Source: Vitrella brassicaformis CCMP3155 (taxonomy: Eukaryota > Protista > Chromerida). From it: a DNA stretch of 64,000 nt. Under the pieces are notes generated by a model that saw only the letters and a program-made list of their open reading frames with translations, ran no database searches and was not told the origin of the DNA. Both the position numbers and the translations under genes were made by a program. The DNA lies in NCBI GenBank assembly GCA_001179505.1, contig CDMY01000123.1, forward strand, positions 1-64,000. Direction: 5' to 3'. Below, in pieces: positions 37,411-48,050 of the stretch (the stretch's first letter is position 1; the number at the start of each line of letters is the position of its first letter).

Positions 37411-37615
37411 CCGCCGGAGGTGGTGCCCCGTTCGCCGACATCCGGACGCGCCTAAGGCTTCACGCAATTCTGCGCCTGTGAGACGTCGGCAGCCTCCAGT
37501 GTAGGGTTTCTGCTTAGGGTCCGATGGCTTTCGTAGGGTGGGTCATTTTGTTCAGCTGGAAACTACAGCTGCGTTCGTTCGTGTGCCTGTCGCCCTTCCC
37601 CCCTCGTCCCTCACG
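37411..37615. promoter_or_regulatory. Candidate bidirectional promoter, mtnB/CobW, with a telo-box-like TAGGGTTT
   Basis: Divergent starts about 205 bp apart; TAGGGTTT at 37502-37509 (reverse complement AAACCCTA). Confidence 0.5.
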
Positions 37616-40206
37616 ATGAGCAACTGGGATGTGCCCCCTCCTCAGTATGCCGGCGGCTTCAGCGAAGCCCACTACCAGCAACAGCAGCAGTACCACCAAC
37701 AGCAGCAGCAGTACTACCAGATGCAGCAGCAACAGGGCTTCAGCGATGCCCACTACGCCAACGCACCGGCACAGGACCCGCACCAGATGCACCAGCTCAT
37801 GCACACCAAGAGGGGTAAGCCAGAGCACCCCTGACGGACAGACAGGCACACGTGTGTGTGTGTGGTCAGTTCCTGTGACGATTCTGACGGGCTATCTTGG
37901 CTCGGGCAAGACCACACTCCTCAATCGGTACACACACAGGCGGCTGAGGGTCGGACTCTGAGTGAGACACTCCGTCTCTGTGTGTGACGTGTGTTGTCTT
38001 GTCAGCATTTTGACTGAGCATCACCACAAGAAATACGTTGTCGTCGAGAACGAGTTTGGAGAGATCGGTGGGTATCCGACAGAGACAGACAGACAGACAG
38101 AGACCGACAGGAAGGCTTGCTCACCTTACCCCCTCCCTCCCTCCCCTGCCTGTGTGTGTTGTGTGTCTGGCCTGGCTGTCTCTGTGTGTGTGGCGTCCAT
38201 CCCATCCATCCGTCAGGCATAGACAACTCCCTGGTCAAGGAGAAGCTCAGCGCCGATGACGTCATCGAGCTCAACAACGGCGTGCTGTGCTGCGGCATCG
38301 ACCAGGACATGCTTGGCGTCCTGCCAGAAATCATCAGACAGCGACAGGTCCGCCCCCCCGCAGTCACCAACACAACACACCCCTCCCCTCAACCGCCTCT
38401 CCATCGCATCAACTCAACTCAACTGTCTCTCTCCCCCTCTCTCTGTGGGTGGCTCTGTGCTGTGCTGTGCTGTCATGCATTCTGATGCGCAGGGCAACTT
38501 GGACGGCATCATCATCGAGATGTCAGGTCTGGCCAACCCTGCCCCGGTGTGCCAGATGTTCATGCGCGACAGGATGATGACGGAGGTCGCCAGGCTCGAC
38601 GGCGTCGTCACCATCGTCGACGCCAAACACATCTGCCAGCAACTCGACCGTACGCCACGGCACGGCAACACACATAGATAGCTATGACACACACAGAGAG
38701 GGGATGGAGGGAGGCCAAAGGTAGTGGGGTGTGGATGGACGCCTCCCCCTCCATCCAACCGTCCGTGTGTGTGTGTGTGTGTGTGCGTGTCTGCAGGTCT
38801 CGTGCAAGAGGAGGAGCTTCCGCCTGGCGAGGTTCCGGCCGACTACGAATACGAGAACGAGGCCACAGAACAGGTGGGTGCCTATGGGGTGGGTGTAGCT
38901 CTCTGTCCATTGCATGTCCCTCCCTCGCTCCCTCCCTCCCTCTCCCTCTCACTCTGTGTGTGTGTGTGTGTGTGTGTGCAGATTGCGTATGCCGACCGCA
39001 TCGTGATCAACAAGATCGATTTGGTGACCGAGGACGAGCTGGCCTCCATCAAGAAGCGCATCGGCTCCATCAACGGCTCGGTGGAGCTGCTGACCTGCAA
39101 ACACGGCCAGGTGGACCTCAGCAAGGTCTTCGGCATCGACGCGCAGTCACTCAAGACCATCGAAGACGAGCATGAGGACCACCACAAGGACCACCACCAC
39201 AAGGACAAGGACCACTGCCATGAGCACCATGACGACGAGCACGGCCACGGCGACGAGCATGACCACCATGACCATGAGGAGGGGGAGAAAAAGGGCCACG
39301 GCCACGGCCACGGCCACGGGCACGGGCACGGCCTCGGCCACCACCACGACCACGTGCACAACCAGCATGTGAACAGTGTGGGGTTCGAGTACGAGGGCCC
39401 CCTGGACAGCGAGCGCTTCTACGAGTGGGTGCAGGCACTCATCGAGCTGGAGGCAGCCGACCTCTACCGATACAAAGTGCGTGAGTGGCCCTCCCCGCCA
39501 TACCCGAAACACACACCTACACCCATGAAAATTGTGGCTGGATGCTCTGTCTGTCTCTTTGTGTGTGTGTGTGTGTGTAGGGTGTGTTGTGGATAGCCAA
39601 CGAGGAGCAGAAGTTCGTCTACCACGGCGTGCACTCCATCTTCGACGGCAACTTCGGATCAGAGTGGAAACCCGGCGACAAACGCGTCTCACAGGTACCC
39701 CTCCCCTCCCCTCCCCGCCCCCCATCCACACACACACATAAGGTACCCATCTCCTCTCCCTCTGCCTCCCTTCCTCTCTCGTGTCGTGTCAGGTGGTGTT
39801 TATCGGTCGTGACCTGGACCGCGACGAGCTGTACGAGTGCTTCCAGTGGTGCTGGGCCACGCCCGAGAACGCCCAGGCGGAGCCGCCCGCCTTCATCAAG
39901 CACATGTACTCCCAAGAGATGGAGGCGGAGCGTGCCGCCGCCGCGCACCAGCAGGCCATGCAGGAGGCTCAGCAGCAGGCCCTCATGCTGCAGCAGCAGC
40001 AAGCCATGCTCATGATGCAGCAGCAGCAACAGGCCGCCATGATCATGGCACAGCAGCAGCAGGCAGCCCAGCAGCAGCAGCTGCAGCAGCAGAAGGGGTC
40101 TCCGTCGGCGCCGCCCCCCTACACACCTGAGCAATATGGCTACCTCCAGCCGCAGCAGCAGCCGTCAGGCCAGCACGACTACCCATCGCAAGCACAGGGG
40201 CAGTGA
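37616..40206 (+). CDS. CobW/COG0523 (G3E, ZNG1-like) metallochaperone GTPase with His-rich insert and Gln-rich termini
   Basis: VPVTILTGYLGSGKTTLLN; VVENEFGEIG; ELNNGVLCC; IIIEMSGLANP; LDGVVTIVDA; IAYADRIVINKIDLV; His-rich tract; CobW_C-like LYRYK|G...YHGVH...VFIGRDL. Confidence 0.93.
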
Positions 40207-41598
40207 GAATGAGCCTAGCCTCTGGCACAAACAAATAGGGGAGGGAGGGAGGGAGGGGCGGACTCGTACCTGCACGTGTGTGTGTGTCCATCGCTATGTG
40301 TGTGTGCGTGTGGTGTCGGTATCTTCTGCGAATGAGTGACAGCATCGAATCCACCCACGTCACGTCTACACCCACACTAACTGCCTGCAGCCGTTTTATG
40401 CCCTTCGGCCCATGACCAGACAGACCACCAGGGAGGGAGGGGAGTCAAGTATTTTCAAGTGCATGTGTGTGTGCGTGTGTGTGTGTGCTTGCGTGTGTCG
40501 TGAGGTGTTGTGTTGTGTTGTTTGTGCGCCTCGGCACCTTCCGCTGCTCGGCGAGTTGGGGCGTGCTCGCGAGTGGGTGGTGGTGCCACACGAGGGGCCT
40601 TTAATGACACCTTGATTGAGAATGAGTGAAATCGACAACGGGGCGGTCGGTGCTCTTTAACAACATCATGATGTATGTGTTTTGTGTGTAAGCGCGTGTC
40701 TGTCTTTCTGAGAGGCGGCCTGCTCGAGAGTGAGTGGACTATCGCGCCACTCTTTTTACCCTGCCTCTCTCCTGCCTTTTAAGATGGTCGACTAACTTCG
40801 ATGGCTTCCCCATATTTCTCCCACATAACAAGGGGGTTTTTGACGCCATTCATTCCACCTCGATGGCCGGATGGATGGATGGATGGCGGCTGAAAGACTT
40901 TTTAAGTAGGGCCTTCCTTGCCGGCCGGCCTGCCTTCGTGACTGACTACCTGCCTGATTGCCCTCTCTGTCTGTCTGCCTGTCTGCCTGCCCACCTGCTG
41001 CTGCCCATGACCTCTCTTGATGTGGCTTTGCTTGACGTTCGATGTCCGTGTCACAGTGGCGTCGCCGAGGCACTCATCAGCCAGGCAGCATCGATGGCCA
41101 TCGATGCTGCTAAGCTGATGAACACCTGGGGGATGCCTCTGTGTCGCTGGCAGAGAATGGCGGGAAAGTCACACGGAGGGCGGCGCACATGCCAGTGTGA
41201 CACAACGTTGTTTGCAATGTGTCGGCTGCCTGTTGTGTGTTTGCCTCACACCACACCCTCACTTATATGACTGTGTGTGAATGATATGATGCGTTGTGCG
41301 TCCTGTGGTGGTGGTGGTGCGGGGTGCTCATCGACAGCCACAGCTTGTCGGGCAAAGACTGGCTATGGCAGCTGATTAGCGTCGGTCGCACTCCATCCAT
41401 CACCACATGGGCTGCATGACTCACACAGTTGTGACTTGAGTGGATGACACCATGCGGCTGGCTGCTTTTGTGACTGACACCATCACACAACACACTCATC
41501 ATCAAGACGCCACAATCTCAGATCTCGCACTTCAGCTTCGTTTACCAAGTCAGCTGAGCTTGCAGACCGCCACCGTCTTCCCCTTCTTCCACTTTGCG

Positions 41599-42528
41599 AT
41601 GGCATCCGCCCTCCTGCTTACTCTCGCCGTATCATTGCTGTCAGCGTTCCGCATCGTTCCGGCCAATGGCGAGGTCTCGTCAGCTATGCTCCGCTCATCG
41701 CAGACAGACTCACAACAGCACCAACAACGGCTCAGCAGAGCCAGGACGCTGCAGGCAGACGAAGATCTAGGCGGCTCTGATGCAGATGGCGGCAGTGATG
41801 GTAATGATGACAATGCCGGCCCGGTGTTCATCGAGGACGTTAAGGTGCCGCAGGAGCCCTTCTGCAAGACCGAGAGCACGGAGAGCGCGTCACTTGCTGA
41901 AGGCCTGTCGACTTCCACCACCTACGCCATCCACGACTCTGCCACTGGCGGGTTCTGTCTGGTGACTGACGGCATAGCCTTGCTGTCGACGCCAAATGAC
42001 AGCTTCCCCGCCATCACCTGGAGCTGCGACGCCACGACGGCGGGCGCCACAATGGAGGTGGCCTTGCCCCCCGACTCGCCCAGCACCAACGGCACTCTGC
42101 GCATCCGGGGGGCGCTGAAGATGCTGTCTGCTCCGGTGGACCCACAGTGCGTCGGGGGCATCATTTTGGTGGACTTTGTCTACACGGGCCTCGACAAAGT
42201 GACCGGCGAAGACGGTACAGTGACGGGGTATCGCATTGCCGCCAATGGCACCACTAGTGGCAAGGGAGAGGGGACGGCAACGGTGGCGGACATCCCGGAT
42301 GGCTGCGAGGGTTTGGCTGAGGCGCAGGGCATGCAGGGCTTCCTCGGCAGCAAGGCCGATGACGACGGCAACCTGTTGGTCATCGCACCCGACCTACAGC
42401 AGCGGGAAGGAGAGGCGTCGGGCGGCCAGTGGGAGGCGGAGGGCGGGCTGGTGGTGTTTTCGCAGGACGCCTACAGTGGGCAGTTTGTACGGCAGTGGGA
42501 CTTCGTTGTGGGGGGCGCCTGCCGGTGA
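41599..42528 (+). CDS. Intronless secreted hypothetical protein (~310 aa, Gly/Thr-rich, beta-rich C-terminal region)
   Basis: Uninterrupted microsatellite-free ORF with signal-peptide-like MASALLLTLAVSLLSAFRIVPANG. No family recognised. Confidence 0.65.
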   Translation: MASALLLTLAVSLLSAFRIVPANGEVSSAMLRSSQTDSQQHQQRLSRARTLQADEDLGGSDADGGSDGNDDNAGPVFIEDVKVPQEPFCKTESTESASLAEGLSTSTTYAIHDSATGGFCLVTDGIALLSTPNDSFPAITWSCDATTAGATMEVALPPDSPSTNGTLRIRGALKMLSAPVDPQCVGGIILVDFVYTGLDKVTGEDGTVTGYRIAANGTTSGKGEGTATVADIPDGCEGLAEAQGMQGFLGSKADDDGNLLVIAPDLQQREGEASGGQWEAEGGLVVFSQDAYSGQFVRQWDFVVGGACR

Positions 42529-43435
42529 TCAATCAATGAGTGAGTGGTATGGGATGAAGTAACTAATTAATTAATTAGCCAATTGCATGTTTGTGTGGGT
42601 GAGGTGCATGTTTGTGTGGGTGAGGAAAGAGGGATGGGGCGAGCCGCTTTGTTTTTTCGTCGTGGCCGCTCATTTACTGCCGGCTGGGGGGTCAGCGGGT
42701 TGCCAGACTGTGAGCAATCTAATGGGTGGGTGTTTGCACCGCTCGGGCGGCGGACTTGTCCGAGAATGGGAGAACCTACATGCCATGCCATGCCATCAAT
42801 GCATTCGCTGTCGGTGGTCTATGCTTTTTGTGTCTGTCTGTCTGTCTGTCTGGCTAACTTGCTCCCGTGTCCATGGGGGAACTTTCCCGTCCGTGCGACT
42901 GACTTGTGTGCGTGTGTTGTCTGCCTGTCTCTTTATCTGTGGTTCGTTTAGGGTGGCTTCTCTGTGCCGTACTTACGTACACGCTAGCTCAATTCGGTGT
43001 GTGCACGTTTCTGAGCGAGGGAGCCTGTGGACGCTCGGACGTTTGACAGATGGATGACTGACGGACTGATGGAATGGAGACTGGCGTGTGTGTGTGAATG
43101 CCTTCTTTCCGTATCCTTATTTCGCGTGTCCTGTATTATTTGGTGGTCGGTTTCATTCTGTTTCATTGTCCCGCATTTCATCTGGCTGCCAGAAAGAAGG
43201 CACCCCTCTCTCTCTCTCTCTCTCTAGCTGGCCGTGTGTCTGTCTGTCTGCCTGCCTGTCTTGTGTGTCTCGGTCCAGGCGGCCATCTCAGGCAGCAGTC
43301 GTCTTGACCTTGAACTTCTTGGGGCACCCCAGGGCCTGCGGCATGCTGCACTGTAACAGCTGCCAGCCGGAGTGACTTTGGCGCCTCAGAGTGAACTGCG
43401 CAGAACAAACACCGACAAACGACATCTCTCTTTCA

Positions 43436-44578
43436 TCAGTGCTGTTGATATACCGAGAACTCCTCTGTCCACCCGACGCGCGCGCGCCGCGCCTCCTCCC
43501 CCTTCACAGTCACGTCAGGGAGCAACGTCTGCATTGACCAATTTGCCCCATGGCCAGCACACACGTAGACATGCAGCATATCAATGTCAACGGTATCTGT
43601 TCTGTCTGTCCATACCAGAGTCTTGCTGGCTATGTCGCACGTGTAGATCTTCACGTCTTTGTGGCATTGCGAAGAGTTGGGCAGGGTATGGAAAGCTTCC
43701 TCGTCTCTGCAAGTACAAGTACGAAACCGGGAGTGCCGCGAGTACGGTACAAGACGAATTCGAAAATCATCGCGCAGCGAGAATGCAGCCATTTCAATGA
43801 TTTCATTCCGAATCTGCACACAACCGGACCGCAGTGAGCTGCAGGGAAGGAATAGTAAAAAGTAAAAAGTGTGAGACACACACAAGCCCATATGTCTCCA
43901 CTACGCTACGTAGATACTTACCTGTGTCGAGGGGGCACTTGGCCACATGAGCGTCGATGAAGTACTCGTGCGGCTCCCCATCACGAGTTTTGCTGAACTT
44001 CCCGACGAGATGTGATGTGGTGTGTGTGTGTGTGTGTGTATGTGTTCGAGCGACCAGCCTAGCCCCGTGTTTTCGTGGTGGAAAAAGTATCCTTTTTCGT
44101 CGGTTTCCATGACGGCGACATAGGTCTGCATGCCGACAGACAAGGCAAAGAGACAACAGAGAGGCACATGATGCGCTTGTCGGCTCGATGGTGACATATA
44201 TACATGTACCAGCTTGAAGTTGTCAGGTTTCTCGCAGGAGTAGACGACATTCGTCTCCGGGTCGTAGCAGCGGGGCGGAGTGTCTGTGATGTCCTCGAGC
44301 TGCGAGTAGTGAATGTCCGACCCGCGAGGCCTGCACCTGTACGCTCGGCAACTCCTCACTCCAGCCGTTTCTGTTGCTGACAGTGTGGCGTTCATCCGCT
44401 GCTCACACGCAATTAAGCGCGAGGAAGGGCACACAGCACAGAACCATCGGTGAGTTGACCCTCTGCATGGCGCTAGCTGGCTCACCTGCAAAGCCGGCGG
44501 CACTGCGAAGGAGGCCGATCGAGTGGCCGAGAAGAAGAGCGGCAGCAGCGGAGACAAGAGCAGCAGCCGACCCGCCAT
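43436..44578 (-). CDS. Secreted Cys-containing hypothetical protein, multi-exon
   Basis: MAGRLLLLSPLLPLFFSATRSASFA then a GTGAG donor; exons ...SCRAYRCRPRG...PPRCYDPETNVVYSCEKPDNFKL|TYVAVMETDEKGYFF|...YFIDAHVAKCPLDTG|...CTCRDEEAFHTLPNSSQCHKDVKIYTCD...*. Confidence 0.6.
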
Positions 44579-45164
44579 GATGCAATATTATTGCAGTGCC
44601 GGGGTCCGGGCTTCGACCTGTCCTGCCTCAGGAAGGATAGGGAGCGTCAAGGCGCGAGACGGCCAGCTTTCGGCTGCCCCCGTAAACGCACAGCCCCCTC
44701 TTCGTGCCACGCGCTTTCCCCCCGCGACTAGCGCCGACACGGGATCTGTCTATCTCTAGGCCTCTTTTGTTTGTTTCTTTCTTTCCTTCTCTTTGCTTTC
44801 TGTGTCTGGTTCTTCCCTCACCCCCCTGGACGCCCCATGCGCACCAGCCGAGGGCACACTCAGGAAGCAAACACAACACCTGCGTGTGCCAACCACCTGA
44901 CTGAGCGAAGTGCTGGTGCATGTGATGTGATGCATCAATCAGTGAGGAGAGAACAGCTGACACATCAGCAGATTGAATGAATGAATGAATGAATGAATCA
45001 CCCAGTGCTGCCACAACAAACGCACGTCTTAGTTGCGCCACCCACCGACCCACAGCCAAAAGCACACACACATCGCAGCGCATCACATGGCACCCTCTAC
45101 CTGTGCCTCGCCTCGCCCACACACAATCTCTCCCTCTCTCATCTGTCGCTCATCTGTCTGTCAG

Positions 45165-46611
45165 TCAGTACTTTGCCTCCTGGATGGCCGCCTGATGTGC
45201 GGCATGCGTGTCGCCTGCTGTCCCGACGGTGGTCTGTATGAAGGCCCTGACTGCCCTGATCCACACAGTGGGCATCTCCGACACCACCAGCTGCGTCCTC
45301 TCCTCAGGCAACAGGCCAGCCAGCGCCTCACTCACCGAGGTCTTGTGCATCCCGTCAGAATCGCCTGCACACACACACACACACACACATCCATCCATCC
45401 ATCTGTTCATCAAAAGGTGCAGCGCTTCGCGTGTAATCAATCTATTGTGTGATCTGAGTGACACTCACATACCATGGCCCATGAAGTGCACCACCATGTA
45501 TGAGATGCCCTCTCCGCCCGCCACCCCACTCAGCGACGCGATCTGCTCCTTGCCCACCCCGATCACTGGGCAGTCCCCACTGCCGCTGATCCACCCCGCC
45601 CAGCCATCAAACACCCGAGTCAGCTCGGCCGCATCCATCTGCTCGATGCGCGCCCGGTTCTCCGGGCGGGCGCTGCAGAGGGCGCGGAAGAATGGCGTGT
45701 TGAGGAGGGCCGGGATGCCGCCCCGTCGCAGCCGAGTGGCGTATTGTATGTAGTACTCGTTGGAGAGCACGTCGGCGGCGAGGTGGCCGCCGGTCATGTT
45801 CATCAAGATGCACGCCTTGACGCGGGAGGGGTACTTGAGGGCGAACAGCAAAGACCTTACAAGACATGACACCAGAAAGACATGCATGGTATGGTTGGTG
45901 GGTCCGTGTGTGTGTGTGTGTGGTCTCGGTCACATACATGCGCGCCCCGCTGCTGTTGCCGACCAGGATGACCTTTCCATAGCCCAGTGCGTCCAGCAGC
46001 CCACACAAGTCATCAGCTGCACGACAGACAAAACACACACACTCACCATACACACCACACCTAGTGTGAAAGAGAGAGTGCATCGTTTGCTGGCCACATG
46101 CGCACCCTGCAGTTGCGGCTCGGGCACCACCCCATCATCGCTCCCCTCCCCCTCTAGAGCCCCGTCGATGCTGAAGTCTGAGGCTCCTGTGTTGCGCCTG
46201 TCCCACACCATTCCCACCGTGTCCGGCAGATCTTCAAAGAGCCATGATTGCAACTCGCACGCATCGAGCCCGCCTTGCCCACCTGAATGAACGGGACACA
46301 CACACACATACGGGACACACACACACATACAGAGAAGAGAAGAACAGTCAACAGCAGGGCTTTCTTGGTAGATGCTCACCGGGCGTGAAGACGATTGGCG
46401 TCAGCTTGGATGGAGAGGGCGGGTGCAGGGCAGCCTTGCCGAGCAGCTGATAGCGAATGGCGACGCCGTTGACGGTGCGGTATTGCGGAGGGGTGGAGGG
46501 AAACGTCATCGAGTGGAAACGGGCACGAAAATGTGCGACATAGTCGACGAGCCCAGCGATGAGCCAGCCGCTGCTGGAGGGAGTGGCGGAGCCGGTGCTG
46601 CTGTTGCCCAT
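45165..46611 (-). CDS. Alpha/beta-fold hydrolase, possible N-myristoylation (MGNSS)
   Basis: YRTVNGVAIRYQLLG; IVFTPG|GQGG; WDRRNTGASD; ADDLCGLLDALG; nucleophile elbow VGNSSGAR; FALKYPSRVKACIL; D..H near the C-terminus. Confidence 0.8.
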
Positions 46612-46945
46612 CTCACCATTCGGGCAGGCTCACTTTCTCCTACGTCCAGTCTTTGCCCCCAATCACACGACCGGCCCCCCGTCACCCCCCCATGTGCATG
46701 CAGTGATCGACGAAGGATTGAAAGCACAGCACTGGTGAGTGCATGCGCAGAGTAGCTATCGATTCAAGTGGCCATGGCCGGAAAAGGCTGGCTGCATTCA
46801 GAGGACGTCCATGTCCGTCCATCATACATATCGACGAGAAAGCACAGTGCACGACAGGCCGGATACTCGTGCTGGCACTGGCACTCACACTGCCATGCTG
46901 TCGGTCGGTCCTTCCACTTCATTGACACCTCTCCCACGGCTGCAC

Positions 46946-46977
<32 letters not shown>

Positions 46978-47018
46978 GAGACCCACGCACACACAACCCA
47001 TAACTCACGAAGCATCCA

Positions 47019-47860
47019 TCATCGGTGCCTTTGTTCTCGTCGCACCTTCTTCGGTCTCTCTTTCGCATCGGCCCATGCCAGGCTGTCGGTGCCGCCGCCC
47101 TTGTGCGGCGCGTCGTCCACCTGCTGAATGCCTGGGGGCCGCCTGTCGTCACGCATCATCTCCTGAATGTCAGGCAAGGTGAAGCTGCCTGCAATGCAGG
47201 CAATCACACACACAAAGCACACATGCACAGAGCACAGAGCACATAAGCGCATGTGGCCATGTTGCAGTGAGTGGCGTACTTACATGGGTCTTTGGCGGCG
47301 TCGATCCGTTCGGCCAACAGCCGACGGCACCGCTGAAGGTGGTCCATGGCGCCCTCACCCTGGCGCAACACAAGCAGGCCTTCGCCCTCATCCTCCTGGT
47401 TGCACGATACACATGTATCGCAAAGCACAAGGAAACACACCACAGACACTCACCTCACTGGCAGGCAAGCCATGTGAACATAACATGCGCACCTGGAAGC
47501 CGCTGCATCTCATCAGCTCAATGAAAACCGCCGTGTGTGGCTCAAAAATGCGCTCTAGAGCCGACAGCCGAAGACGCTACGCACACAGACACACGCACGG
47601 ATAGGGAACCCAGATGCGACGAGTGCATTGATTGCATGCTTCTCTCTCACTTGAAGGGCGCGTTCAGAGGGCTGCTTCTCGATGCGTTGATAGATCTCCA
47701 GCAGAGCGGCGAGCTGCCTGTTGGCCTCCATGGCTTCGTCGGCGCCCCGCAGCAGTGACTCGAAGGCGGAAGTGGGCCTGTCGGCGGGATCTGCCAGCGA
47801 ATCGTCCAGAGTACCGTCGGGCGATGTCTGAGAGACGTCCTGCATTGCTGTCGAAGCCAT
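47019..47860 (-). CDS. Hypothetical protein, multi-exon
   Basis: MASTAMQDVSQ...FESLLRGADEAMEANRQLAALLEIYQRIEKQPSERALQ followed by a GTGAG donor; later exons EDEGEGLLVLRQGEGAMDHLQRCRRLLAERIDAAKDP and SFTLPDIQEMMRDD...*. Confidence 0.45.
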
Positions 47861-48050
47861 TCTCCCCTCGATGGTCGATACCCGACGGCGCGCCAAAAAG
47901 CTCGCACAGCGAAAGCGGAACCGCTGCTGCATGAAAGCGGGCGAAGAAGGGGAGAAGAAGGGCCTTCTGTGGGCGTTGTGGCGTGCCTTGGTCCATGTGT
48001 GCTGTTATGCGCTCGCATACCCATGAAAATCTTGGGTTTCTGGTGGAGGT

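Noticed and set aside
40640-41440. ORF 40734-41270 (178 aa)
   Set aside because: It crosses GGAT and CTGC/CTGT microsatellites and has no splice or homology support; probably intergenic.
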